Shown: positions 47,567-57,459, counted from the stretch's first letter. The stretch: DNA of 64,000 nucleotides from an uncultured delta proteobacterium (GCA_963806225.1 CAWDXG010000004.1:5024001-5088000), one strand, 5' to 3'. Translations and numbers: made by a program. Notes: generated by a model not told the origin, from the sequence alone.

Positions 47567-48581
47567 ATGAAGGCGACGACGAAGCTCGCCGTGCCGCTTG
47601 TCGGGCTCGCTCGCGCTCGCGTGCGCGTGCTCGGCGTCCGGAGGAGGAAGCGCGGGCGGATCGTCGGGCGGAACAGGTGGCATCCAGGCCTCCGGTGGTT
47701 CTGGCGGCGCCGATGCCGAGCCGTGGCCGACCGGCGGCTCTGCGGGCAGCGGCACCGGCGGCAGCGCCGCATCCGGTGGCAGCGCTGCGGGTGGCAGCGG
47801 CACCGGCGGCAGCACCGCGTCCGGTGGCACTGGCGGTACTGGAGGCGGTACCGGAGGCGGCTCGGGCAACTTCGTGCCCAATTGCCCCGCTTCCTGCCAG
47901 GCGATCCCGGGCACGTCGTATGGGTCGCTCTCCACCTCCGGCGCCAAGACGGATCGCCCCGCAGCGCAACACGCGGATCTGAACCCGAAGATGCGCGGCT
48001 GGGCTCCGTGCACGCAGGTCGGCTGCGGCAGCACCGGCTCCACGCTCGGGCTCATCTACATCCCGCCTGCGCCGAGCGGCGTGGACACCAAGGCGCCGCG
48101 ACTGCACACGCTGTTCTCGCCGGCGCGCGTGCCGACCTTCAAGGCGACCTACCGCGGCTACGACTGGGACTGGAGCTGCAACTGCAAGGGCGGCCTGATC
48201 AGCACCTGGGACGTGCACTGGATCGGCGCCGGCACCAGCCCGGGCGAGGTGCTGCACCTGCCCGAGAGCGGCTACGACATCGGCGCCGGCTACGGGGCGC
48301 GCGTGCTGTACGCCGACGGTGATACCGTGACGCTCAAGTACACGGCCGAGGACAACGTCGTCTACGGCTACACGATCCACATCGTCGGCATCTGTCTGGA
48401 GCCCGGGCTCCGCGCGCTGTACGACAGCGACAACGCCTCCGGTCGCAACCAGCTGCCCGCGCTCAAGGGCGGCGACCCCATCGGACGCGCCTGCGGAAGC
48501 CAGACGCTCGTCGCCATCCGCGATACTGGTTCGTTCATGGATCCGCGCTCGCAGGACGACTGGTGGCAGGGGCATCCCTGA
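47567..48581 (+). CDS. Gly-linker lipoprotein with uncharacterised C-terminal domain; signal peptide split by a +1 frameshift near 47603
   Basis: Removing one G from GTC-GGG-C gives MKATTKLAVPLVGSLALACAC, joining ATG 47567 to ORF 47598..48581. Confidence 0.75.
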
Positions 48582-48599
48582 GCGGTGCATGATGGAGCC

Positions 48600-48839
48600 A
48601 TGAGCATCGCGCGTGGCACGCCCACCCGCCTTGTGTCGCTGGTTCTGGGCTTCGCGCTCGCGGGCTGCGCCGCGGGCGCCGGCGGAGTAGCGGGCGGGGC
48701 CGGCGAAAATGGTGCCGGCGCCTCGTCCGGAGCCGGCGGCAGCATCCCCTGGCCAGGCACGGGCGGTTCGGGTGGGTCGGGCACGGGTGGCGCGTCCGCC
48801 GGCATCGACGTGACCGACACGAACAACTGCAAGCTGTGA
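48600..48839 (+). CDS. Short lipoprotein with signal peptide and Gly linker only (possible truncated remnant)
   Basis: Lipobox LAGC; WPGTGGSGGSGTGG resembles WPTGGSAGSGTGG of the upstream gene; stop follows soon after. Confidence 0.55.
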   Translation: MSIARGTPTRLVSLVLGFALAGCAAGAGGVAGGAGENGAGASSGAGGSIPWPGTGGSGGSGTGGASAGIDVTDTNNCKL

Positions 48840-48859
48840 CCGCTCGAGCCGGGCACCGC

Positions 48860-49231
48860 TCAGCCCGGCAGAGCCGCAGCCTGCGTGCAGTAAAGCCGCG
48901 AGTCGGCCAGCGCTCGAGTCCGGTGCGACGCGGCGGCCTGGTAGTCCTCGTTTCCGACCATGTCGAGAAATGCCTGCCGCGATGGGTACTCGACGATCAG
49001 CACCTCGTCCCAGGTGTCGCCGCCGATAACGGTCGCCCGCGCCGAGGCGAAGAAGACGACGCGCGCGCCGACACGTGCCAGGTGCGGCTGGACCAGCTGG
49101 CCGTAGCGCAGGTACTCGTCGCGTCCGCCGTCCGCTTTGAACCTGAGCAGGTTCAGCATCAGGATCGGACCTTCGACCGGCGCCGACATGAACGCCTGTA
49201 TCTGCTCGGCGGTGGGGTTGATGCTCGCCAT
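48860..49231 (-). CDS. DUF1330 family protein
   Basis: GPILMLNLLRF, WDEVLIVEYPSRQAF, HRTRALADSRL. Confidence 0.85.
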   Translation of the reverse strand: MASINPTAEQIQAFMSAPVEGPILMLNLLRFKADGGRDEYLRYGQLVQPHLARVGARVVFFASARATVIGGDTWDEVLIVEYPSRQAFLDMVGNEDYQAAASHRTRALADSRLYCTQAAALPG

Positions 49232-49308
49232 CCGCGCGAGCGTGCGCCCCGTCGCCTGGAGTCGTCAAGGCGGCGCGTCCGTCATGCGGTCGCGTCGCGG
49301 CAGGCTGG

Positions 49309-49905
49309 CTAGAACGACGAGCCCGGTTCTTTCAGGAACGCTCGCTCTTCTTCCGTGCCCGGGCGACCGACAATCGCGTTCCGGTGCGGAAAGCGTCCGA
49401 AACGCTCGATGATCTCCGCGTGCCGGCGCGCGAAATCCGCCGCCATCCGGCAGTTGTCCGCGACTTCCTCTGGCGCTTCGGCAGCGAGTTGCTCGAATGC
49501 GTGCACGCTCTGCCGCTGCACCTGCACGTCCTCCGCGTGCATCATCGGCATGTACAGGAAGTACCTGAGGGCGTACGGCAGCCCAACGTCCAGCCCAGCA
49601 GCCTGCGCATGGAGCGAAGCGGCGAGAGCCTGTACGTCGAAGGTGAACGCGCGGGGCGTGCCGCGGTACAGGTTGCGGGGAAACTGGTCGAGGAGCACGA
49701 CCCACGCCACACAGGAGCGAGGCGCATCGCGCCAGGAGTCGAAGGAACCCGTGCCCGCGGCCTGCACCGCGCCTTCGAAGCGCGTGCGGACCGCCTTGTC
49801 GAACTCCGGGTCCTTCTTCCACCACTGGGCCTGCAGTGAAAACAGGTCGGTTTCGGAGCGGCCGTCCCCAAACCAGAATGCCAGGATTGCCTCGGGATCG
49901 ATCAT
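49309..49905 (-). CDS. DUF924 family protein
   Basis: ILAFWF, LLDQFPRNLYR, FLYMPMMHAE, RFGRFPHRN; AAGGAG SD. Confidence 0.92.
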   Translation of the reverse strand: MIDPEAILAFWFGDGRSETDLFSLQAQWWKKDPEFDKAVRTRFEGAVQAAGTGSFDSWRDAPRSCVAWVVLLDQFPRNLYRGTPRAFTFDVQALAASLHAQAAGLDVGLPYALRYFLYMPMMHAEDVQVQRQSVHAFEQLAAEAPEEVADNCRMAADFARRHAEIIERFGRFPHRNAIVGRPGTEEERAFLKEPGSSF

Positions 49906-49939
49906 CGGTGTCTCCTTGGATTCGTATCGGCGAGCGCCT

Positions 49940-50668
49940 TCAGCCCATCAACCCATAGCTGTGCGCGAGGTACGCCGTGAGCAGATTGCTCATCGCGTGC
50001 AGAGAGAGGCTCGCGCCGATGCCGCGCGTGCGGCATCGCAGCCAGCCGAAGAGCAGGGCCGGAAAGAAGACGGCGAGGCGGTTCACGTTCACCTCGGTGC
50101 AGATGTGGCCGACCGCGAACAATGCGCTGGCGATGACGAGGCCCGGACCCAGCTCGGCACCGAGCACTTTCACGCGGAATTTGAATGCGTCGTCGAGCGA
50201 GGTCTGCAGATAGCCGCGGTAGAACGCTTCTTCCGGCAGCGCGATCACCAGAAGCTGCCCCAGCACGTCGTTGCCCAGAGAAGGCGGAGGCGCGGGCACG
50301 AAGCCGTGCGGCGGCTTCCACCACCAGACCCAGCCCGCCCAGAAGAGCGGATAGACGATGGCAGCGACGAGCAGCGCCCAGCCCAGCGCGCGCAGCGCGT
50401 CGCTGGCGATGCGTCGGCCGGAGAGCGGTTCCGTCTCCAGCAGGCCGCCCAGCGATAGCCCGAAGTGGCGCACCCGCACGTTGTCGTCGTCGTGACGCAG
50501 GGCGACGAACCAGGTCACCGCGAGGAACGCGAGCCCCACGCCCGTGGCCGCGTACTTGTCGGGCAGTCCGTAGGACAGCGCGGTGACGAGGCCGGTCGCC
50601 AGGACGGCCACCAGCAGCGGCCGCTTCCACCCTACGGGGCTGACGGGGCCCGCGGCCGGGTTCGTCAT
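49940..50668 (-). CDS. CPBP/Rce1-family intramembrane glutamic protease, myxosortase-like
   Basis: ALPEEAFYRGYLQ, ALFAVGH, RLAVFFPALLFGWLR, HAMSN. Confidence 0.85.
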   Translation of the reverse strand: MTNPAAGPVSPVGWKRPLLVAVLATGLVTALSYGLPDKYAATGVGLAFLAVTWFVALRHDDDNVRVRHFGLSLGGLLETEPLSGRRIASDALRALGWALLVAAIVYPLFWAGWVWWWKPPHGFVPAPPPSLGNDVLGQLLVIALPEEAFYRGYLQTSLDDAFKFRVKVLGAELGPGLVIASALFAVGHICTEVNVNRLAVFFPALLFGWLRCRTRGIGASLSLHAMSNLLTAYLAHSYGLMG

Positions 50669-50887
50669 CCGGCGATCCCGCCCCGGCGCTGCTGCGCTCT
50701 GTCGATCCAGCAGAGCGGTAGTTTTCCGCCGCTGGCGCGAAGCCAGCTGCCCGGGATCAGGCGCCGTGCACGGGCGGACTCCCCGCCTGCGCTGTCATGG
50801 GATAAGGTCGCGGCGGCTCGTGTTCCGGGCCCGCGTGCGGCGCGAACCAGCGCCAAGGAATCCCAGTCACGCGTCGTCGGAGGATCC

Positions 50888-53545
50888 ATGCTCGACCCCA
50901 ACCTGTCGAACCTCCCGGAGGTTCCGCGTCCGCAGCCGCCCATTGGGCACGTCGATCTCGCCAAGTGGCCTCCGGACGACGATGACGACATGCCCGGCGC
51001 GCCGCCGCCGGGTGGCGGAGCGCCGGCCGGCGGCGGATTCGACTCCGGCGACGGCAACTTCAAGAAGGGGCGATTCAACCCGATTGCCATCATCATCGGC
51101 ATCCTGGTGGTCGTGGGCGGGATTGCATTTCTTGCCATCGGCGTGAAGCAGGATGCGAAGAAGCTGACGATAGAGCAGGCCGAAGCGCAGAAGAAAGCGA
51201 TCTTCGTCCTGCCCAAGCCTGAACAGATCCCCAAGTGGCGCAAGTGGGCCGCTTCCGACCAGAGCGGCGAGCTCAAGATGGAAGCGCTCAAGCAGCTTGC
51301 CTGGGCGAAGGACCCCGCCGGCGTCGACCTGGCGATCAAGGCGCTGCACGACACGGAGCCGCGCGTGGTGGCCATGGCGGCGACGGCTCTCGCCGAATAC
51401 GGCTCGCCCATGGCGGACAAGGCGAAGGAGCCGCTGCTCAAGTCGTTGAAGACCGCCGGCGTCGCTTCCAGGCCCCAGATCGCCTGGGCGGAGGTGGTGC
51501 TCGGCGATTCGCGCGCGTTCGACGAGGTCATGAAGCTCTACCGCATCGGGCACCTCTCCAAGGTGCAGCGCCTGGGTGGCGGTGTGGCGTTCGATCCCAA
51601 CATGATCGTCAAGCTGGTCAGCCTCGACAAGCTCGCCTCGCTGGCCGGCGACAAGAGCGACGCGGTCCGCCAGCTGGTGGCCACGGTGCTGTCGCGCAAG
51701 GCGGATCCGAAATACACCGACGCGCTGATCAAGCTCGTCAAGGACAAGGACGAGGAGGTCGCTCGTCAAGCGGCGCCCGGCCTCGGCAAGATCGGCGACG
51801 AGCGGGCGCGCGGGCCGCTGCTCGACGCGCTCAAGGGCGCCGACAAGGACAGCCGCAAGAAGTACCTGGAGGCGCTGCGCGACGGCATCGGCGACCAGGG
51901 CCTGGTGCTGGCGCTGCAGTCGATCGACCCGAACGACGTGAAGAAGGCCTGGTACCAGACCAAGCAGATCTTCTCGATGATCCGCGAGCTCGCGGATCCG
52001 CGCGGCGGCGACTACCTCGTCAAGTACATCGACGGGGATCCCAAGCCGCACATCCACTGGCAGACCGAGGCGGCCCTCGCCATGGCCGAGGTCGGTGACA
52101 TCCGTGCGGTTCCGACGCTCGCGCGGCGGCTGCGCATGGACCCGCTGAAGATCTACAGCGACCAGTACGACTGGGAGCAGCTGCTCAAGCGCGACGACGA
52201 GGAGCGCGTGGTCTCGGCGCGCATGATCGCCGATCTGGCTGTCCTTCATCCCGACAAACGGCAGCAGATCGCCGACGAGGCCGCCGACGCGGTCATCTTC
52301 TGGATCCACCAGATGCCGTCCCCGCACGCCAACGGTCTAAGGGCGTTGGCGGCCATGGGCTCGGACAAGGATCTCAAGGCGCTGCGCGACTGGGCGAATC
52401 CGAAGGTCGAGCTGCCGAAGCTCGGGCAGCAGCCGCCCATGCCCGAGGAGTGGGTCATTGCGCAGAGCGCGCTCCGCTACGAAGGCTGGATGAAGGACAA
52501 GCCCTCGTGGGACTGGATGATCAAGGCGCTCAAGCGGCGTCCCGAGGACGTCGACGCGACCATGGCGGGGCTGCTGCAGGGTGGCGAGGCGATCCTGGGC
52601 ATGGCGCTCCGCGCCGAGGGCGTGGGCGCGGCCCATGGCTTCTCGGAGTGGGGCGACGAGAAGGCCTTCAAGCCGCTCATGGACTACGTGGAGGACACGA
52701 AGAACAACGAGCAGTCGCGCATGGCAGCCTGCGATGCGATGGCCTGGGTCGCCAACCAGGACGACATGCTCGAGGTCGCCAAGAAGATCCAGGAGCACAA
52801 CAAGGCGGACAAGGGCGACCAGACCATCCGCGCGTGTCTGCTCGACACGCTCATCACGCGGCCCGTCCCCGGCACTTCGCCGGCGCTTCTGAAGCTGCTC
52901 GGCCCGGGAGCGTCGCTCCAGGAGAAGCACCAGATTGCCCGCGCGGTGGGCAAGGCCGGCATCGACAAGGACACGCAGGCCAAGCTGTTCGAGCTGATGA
53001 AGAGTGACGCGACGATGAACGACGCGGCGTTGGCTCTCATCCTCGGCGGCACGCCCGACGTGGCCGCCCGCGCCGTCGCCATGTACGCCGGCAAGGACAA
53101 GGCGGCGCTCGAGGAGCTTTCCGACCTCTGGTACGACACCTTCGGCTACTGGTCGACGGAGGACCTGGAGAAGGGCCGGCTCTTCCGCTGGGTCGACAAC
53201 GCCGTCGCCATCTCCCACGTCGAGATCAACAAGACCGCGCAGGAGTGGGCGCGCGTGATGTTGATGAAGCAGTTCGACAACCTGCAGTTCGACAACGGAC
53301 CGCACTCGTTCACGCGAGTCGTCTTGCGCTACCGCCTGTGGAACATGGCCAAGGGCGACGACAAGGACAAGCGCGAGGGCGCCATCCGCACGCTGAAGTT
53401 CATGAAGGAACAGGGCGTGTTGCTCGAGCTGCGCGATGCTCCCGGTGAGGCCGGCAAACTTGCCAGCGCCGCCTACCACGAACTGATGAATCCGAAGGTT
53501 GTGACCGGCGTGAAGATCCCGGAGGGCAAGGACGACAACAAGTGA
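50888..53545 (+). CDS. Membrane-anchored HEAT-repeat protein
   Basis: GGAGG SD before ATG 50888; one TM, then repeated HEAT/PBS-like helical units (VRQLVATVL, VARQAAPGLGKIGD). Confidence 0.85.
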   Translation: MLDPNLSNLPEVPRPQPPIGHVDLAKWPPDDDDDMPGAPPPGGGAPAGGGFDSGDGNFKKGRFNPIAIIIGILVVVGGIAFLAIGVKQDAKKLTIEQAEAQKKAIFVLPKPEQIPKWRKWAASDQSGELKMEALKQLAWAKDPAGVDLAIKALHDTEPRVVAMAATALAEYGSPMADKAKEPLLKSLKTAGVASRPQIAWAEVVLGDSRAFDEVMKLYRIGHLSKVQRLGGGVAFDPNMIVKLVSLDKLASLAGDKSDAVRQLVATVLSRKADPKYTDALIKLVKDKDEEVARQAAPGLGKIGDERARGPLLDALKGADKDSRKKYLEALRDGIGDQGLVLALQSIDPNDVKKAWYQTKQIFSMIRELADPRGGDYLVKYIDGDPKPHIHWQTEAALAMAEVGDIRAVPTLARRLRMDPLKIYSDQYDWEQLLKRDDEERVVSARMIADLAVLHPDKRQQIADEAADAVIFWIHQMPSPHANGLRALAAMGSDKDLKALRDWANPKVELPKLGQQPPMPEEWVIAQSALRYEGWMKDKPSWDWMIKALKRRPEDVDATMAGLLQGGEAILGMALRAEGVGAAHGFSEWGDEKAFKPLMDYVEDTKNNEQSRMAACDAMAWVANQDDMLEVAKKIQEHNKADKGDQTIRACLLDTLITRPVPGTSPALLKLLGPGASLQEKHQIARAVGKAGIDKDTQAKLFELMKSDATMNDAALALILGGTPDVAARAVAMYAGKDKAALEELSDLWYDTFGYWSTEDLEKGRLFRWVDNAVAISHVEINKTAQEWARVMLMKQFDNLQFDNGPHSFTRVVLRYRLWNMAKGDDKDKREGAIRTLKFMKEQGVLLELRDAPGEAGKLASAAYHELMNPKVVTGVKIPEGKDDNK

Positions 53546-54180
53546 GCCGAACCGGCGCTGGTAGGGTCCGGAGGCGCTTGCCCTCCGGACCGCGGCGCCT
53601 GTTTTGTGGTGCTCTTGTTGTCGGCTCTGTTGCGCTCGCGGGGTGCGGCACGAAGCACCTGCCTGCGCCGAAGCACGCGGGCCCGGAAGTGCGCGAGCTC
53701 CGCGTTTCACCGGGCGTCGTGGTGGAGCGCGCGTGCACTCCCACCGGACCCGAGCTCTGCTTCAACGCCGTCGATGACAACTGCAACGGCATCATCGACG
53801 AAGGCTGCGGCGTGCACACCGGCATCGTCCAGTTCGTCATCGCCTGGGACAAGCCGGGCGCGGATGTCGATCTGAACGTGACCGATCCGAACGGCGAGCT
53901 CGTCGAGGTGGGACGCGTAGCCCAGAGCGGCCTGGCGAAGGAGCGCGATTGTCCCGGGCGCCACGATGCCTGTCACGGGCAGAACATGGAGAACGTCTAT
54001 CTCGAGGAAGGGGACCCGGTGCGCGGGCAGTACCGCGTGCGGATCCGCCTCGAAAAGCTCGGCGGCGAAGATCCCCCCGTCCGCGTGCGATTCGGTGCTC
54101 GCGTCGGTCCCAAGACCTACGCTGCCGAGCTCGAGCTCGACCGACCCGAGCAGGAGCGAGAGCTCGACATTCGTCTCTAG
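53542..54180 (+). CDS. Lipoprotein with myxobacterial Cys/Asp metal-binding motif and YfaP/DUF2135-like domain
   Basis: Lipobox LAGC; ELCFNAVDDNCNGIIDEGC; WDKPGADVDLNVTDPNGE. Confidence 0.75.
   Translation: MSRTGAGRVRRRLPSGPRRLFCGALVVGSVALAGCGTKHLPAPKHAGPEVRELRVSPGVVVERACTPTGPELCFNAVDDNCNGIIDEGCGVHTGIVQFVIAWDKPGADVDLNVTDPNGELVEVGRVAQSGLAKERDCPGRHDACHGQNMENVYLEEGDPVRGQYRVRIRLEKLGGEDPPVRVRFGARVGPKTYAAELELDRPEQERELDIRL
53554..53608 (+). terminator. Strong hairpin with U-rich tail just after the HEAT gene
   Basis: GGTCCGGAGG (53565-74) pairs with CCTCCGGACC (53582-91); outer GGCGC/GCGCC stem; then TGTTTTGT. Confidence 0.5.
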
Positions 54181-54240
54181 ACCGGACACCAATTATTTCG
54201 TGCACAACCGGGCCGGAAAGCTTGGTACCTTCGTAGTGTT

Positions 54241-54804
54241 GTGGCCAAGGTCCTCGGTCGGGTAACCGGCGCAGTCGATGTTCCGAGGGGACCGGACGTC
54301 ATCCACCGGATCAACGTTCCGGGCGAATGGCTCGATGAAGGAGCCCGGATCGAGCTCGAACTGCCGCGAAACCTGAGCTGCGCGACGTGTGGTGGCGGCG
54401 GATGCGACGCCTGCGGGCGGTCGGGTGCGATCACGATGCGCGGGCGCCGCGAGCCGCCCGAGGTCCTGGAGGTCGAGTTGCCGCGGCGTCCGGCGACGGA
54501 AGATCCTCCGTCTTCCGGCAAGCGTGGAGTCGTGGTCCGGATCCCGGAGAAAGGCGGGTTGCCGGAAGAAGGCTCGTTGCTGCCGCGCGGGGTGCTGATG
54601 CTCTCGGTGCGCGCGGCGGAAGAGCCCGACCCGGGAGTGAAGCGCGTGGCTCCGGCGCCCCTGGTTGTGGCCGAGCCGCTGGCGAGAGAGCCCTCGTTCC
54701 GGCCGCCTGCACCGCGCTACTCCCGCACGGTGGTCATCGCAGCCGTGATCGTCATCATCTGGATCTTGCTTCTGATTTTGCTACGCGTGCTGGGTGTTGC
54801 CTAA
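54241..54804 (+). CDS. DnaJ central/C-terminal-like protein with one Zn finger and a C-terminal TM, no J-domain
   Basis: CATCGGGGCDACGRSG, VVVRIPEKG, RGVLMLSV, hydrophobic tail; no HPD. Confidence 0.65.
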   Translation: MAKVLGRVTGAVDVPRGPDVIHRINVPGEWLDEGARIELELPRNLSCATCGGGGCDACGRSGAITMRGRREPPEVLEVELPRRPATEDPPSSGKRGVVVRIPEKGGLPEEGSLLPRGVLMLSVRAAEEPDPGVKRVAPAPLVVAEPLAREPSFRPPAPRYSRTVVIAAVIVIIWILLLILLRVLGVA

Positions 54805-54987
54805 ACGTCCGAGCACCTCCGGAGGTCGGCCTGCTGGTCGGACAGGGGGCGGTTGACGCGGAGCGTAATAAGCGCCTACGGATCCCGACGTGGTCGCGGG
54901 TGGCGAATTCTCGCCGAGCGTCCTCCCGCGGGATAGACGCATTGCGGCTAGCCTCATAGCGCCCATGAAGCGGCAGAAGAGGTCCTC

Positions 54988-57309
54988 ATGAACCCGGTAG
55001 CGATGGCTCTCATCATCCTCGGCCTGCTCGGGCTGTTCGCGTGGAGTGCGAACCGTCGCTGGGGGTTGATGAAGGTCGGCAGCCCGACGCACGAGAGCCG
55101 TTTCAACCTGATCGGCCAGCGCATCAAGAGGGTGCTCGTGTTCGCCTTCTACCAGAAGCGGATGCGCTACTACCTGGGCGCCGGGCTGGCGCACAACATG
55201 ATCTTCTTCGGGTTCCTGGTGCTGTTGCTCAACACCTTGATCCTGTGGGGGCGCGGCTTCTTCCCGGGCTTCGAGTTCTGGATCTTCGGGCCGCAGCCGG
55301 TGGCCGGCATTCCTCTCGGGCACATCTACGAGTTCATCAAGGAGGTGTTCCTGATCCTGGTGCTCGTGGGCGTGTCCGTCTTCGTCTACTACCGCGTCAT
55401 CAAGCCGCAGAAGCGCATGGCGCTCGGCTGGGAGGGGCTCGTCATCCTCGGCATCATCGCCGTGATGATGGTCGCCGACCTGCTCTACGTGGGGTCGGCG
55501 CAGGTCCTGAACGTGCAGCACGCCTCGGCGTGCAACGGCGGCAGCGCGGCGGACTGGTGCAAGAGCGCCAGCACCGTGCTCGCGCCGTTCGGCAGGCCCG
55601 AGGAGATCGCATGGCGCCCGTACCCGACGCCGGGCAGCTCGCTCCTGGCCACGTGGCTCCAGGGCGTCTCGCCGGGCACGTTGATCGTGCTCGCGCACGC
55701 CGGCTTCTGGACCCACGCCACGCTGGTCCTGATCTTCCTGAACATCCTGCCGTACTCGAAGCACTTCCACATCATCACGGCGATCCCGAACGTGTTCATG
55801 TCGGACCAGACGCCTCGCGGGCGGCTGCGTCCCATCGCGAAGAACACCGAGGAGCTGATGGGGATGGTCGAGAAGGCGATGGAGAGGGAGGACATGCTCG
55901 CCTCGCCGATCGGCTACGCGCGCATCGAGCACTTCACCTGGAAGGACATCGTCGATTTCTACACCTGCACCGAGTGCGGGCGCTGCTCCGACAATTGTCC
56001 GGCCAACACGACCGGCAAGATCCTCAGCCCGAAGCACCTGACGCTCGATCTCCGCGACCAGCTGTACGCGCGGCAGGAAGAGTTCCTGGCGCTCGGCGAC
56101 AAGCTGCCCCGGCACGGTCTCGACGAGCTCAAGCCCAGGGAAGGCGAAGAGGCCGGGGAGACGGAGTCCGCCGAGGCGAGCGAAACGGAAGAGAAGAAGG
56201 ACGAAAACGCCGCCGACTACAAACCGGTCGATCTCGTGCCGAACGTCATCCACGAGGACGTGCTGTGGGCGTGCACGACCTGCCGCGCCTGCGAAGAGCT
56301 GTGCCCGGTCTTCATCACCTACGTCGACAAGATCGTGCAGATGCGGCGCAACCTCGTCGTCATGAAGGGCGAGTTCCCCGCCGAGCTGAACAAGCCGTTC
56401 GAAGGCATGGAAGTCAACGGCAACCCGTGGAACCTCTCGCGCATGGACCGCACGAGCTGGGCGGAGGGGCTGGACGTTCCGACGTTCGCCGACAATCCCA
56501 AGGCCGAGGTCCTGTACTGGGTCGGCTGCGCCGCCAGCTACGACGACCGTGCCAAGAAGATCGCGCGCGCCACCGCGAGCCTGCTCAAGAAGGCCGGCGT
56601 GGACTTCGCGATCCTGGGCGAAGAGGAAACGTGCACAGGCGATCCGGCGCGCCGCGCGGGCAACGAGTACCTGTTCACCATGCTCGCCGAGGCGAACATC
56701 GCCACCATCGACGGCTACCGCGAGCAGGGCGGCGCGAAGAAGATCATCACGACCTGTCCGCACTGCTTCAACACGCTCGGAAACGAGTATCCCGACTTCG
56801 GCGGCAAGTACGAGGTCGTCCACCACACCGACTACCTGCTAGGGCTCGTCGCGGAGCGGAAGCTCGAACCGAAGAAGCCCGTCAAGGGCAAGGTTGTGTT
56901 CCACGACTCGTGCTACCTCGGCCGCTACAACGACATCTACGATTCACCGCGCGACATCCTGAAGAGCATCCCCGGCGTCGAGCTCGTCGAGGTCGACTAC
57001 TGGAAGAGAAACAAGGGCCTGTGCTGCGGCGCGGGCGGAGCGCAGATGTTCATGGAGGAGCAGAACAAGGATCGCGTGAACGTCAAGCGCACCCTGCAGC
57101 TGCTCGACACCGGCGCGAAGACCCTCGCCAGCGCGTGTCCTTTCTGCATGACCATGCTCACCGACGGCATCAAGGCGGAGTCGAAGGAAGACGAGGTCAA
57201 GAACCTGGACGTCGTCGAGCTTCTCGCGACCTCCTGCGGCGTCGGTGACGTTGTCGCAGCTGCGGAAGCGAACGCGGAAGCCGCGGCGGCGCCGGCACCC
57301 GCGGAATAG
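54988..57309 (+). CDS. FadF/HdrD-like membrane-bound Fe-S oxidoreductase
   Basis: N-terminal TM domain with His residues, CTECGRCSDNCP, CTTCRACEELCP, two CCG domains (CTGD, TTCPHC, HDSCYLGR, CCGAGG, ACPFC). Confidence 0.92.
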   Translation: MNPVAMALIILGLLGLFAWSANRRWGLMKVGSPTHESRFNLIGQRIKRVLVFAFYQKRMRYYLGAGLAHNMIFFGFLVLLLNTLILWGRGFFPGFEFWIFGPQPVAGIPLGHIYEFIKEVFLILVLVGVSVFVYYRVIKPQKRMALGWEGLVILGIIAVMMVADLLYVGSAQVLNVQHASACNGGSAADWCKSASTVLAPFGRPEEIAWRPYPTPGSSLLATWLQGVSPGTLIVLAHAGFWTHATLVLIFLNILPYSKHFHIITAIPNVFMSDQTPRGRLRPIAKNTEELMGMVEKAMEREDMLASPIGYARIEHFTWKDIVDFYTCTECGRCSDNCPANTTGKILSPKHLTLDLRDQLYARQEEFLALGDKLPRHGLDELKPREGEEAGETESAEASETEEKKDENAADYKPVDLVPNVIHEDVLWACTTCRACEELCPVFITYVDKIVQMRRNLVVMKGEFPAELNKPFEGMEVNGNPWNLSRMDRTSWAEGLDVPTFADNPKAEVLYWVGCAASYDDRAKKIARATASLLKKAGVDFAILGEEETCTGDPARRAGNEYLFTMLAEANIATIDGYREQGGAKKIITTCPHCFNTLGNEYPDFGGKYEVVHHTDYLLGLVAERKLEPKKPVKGKVVFHDSCYLGRYNDIYDSPRDILKSIPGVELVEVDYWKRNKGLCCGAGGAQMFMEEQNKDRVNVKRTLQLLDTGAKTLASACPFCMTMLTDGIKAESKEDEVKNLDVVELLATSCGVGDVVAAAEANAEAAAAPAPAE

Positions 57310-57438
57310 TCTCGCAGCGATAGCGAACGACGCATTGCGTCTTGCAACGGCGCGTTACGCGTTTCCGCGGACGAAACGAGCACGCCGGAACGCGTCACGA
57401 ATCATGTTCGTTCCGCTTCGTTGGCGTTTTGCAAATCG

Positions 57439-57459
57439 ATGGCAGGCTTCGCCTGCCAT
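57439..57459. other. Perfect 9-bp hairpin ATGGCAGGC-TTC-GCCTGCCAT in a structured intergenic region
   Basis: Directly visible inverted repeat. Confidence 0.6.

Noticed and set aside
48837..48893. Selenocysteine or stop read-through extending the short lipoprotein
   Set aside because: Read-through adds only about 17 residues overlapping DUF1330, and no SECIS-like hairpin is evident
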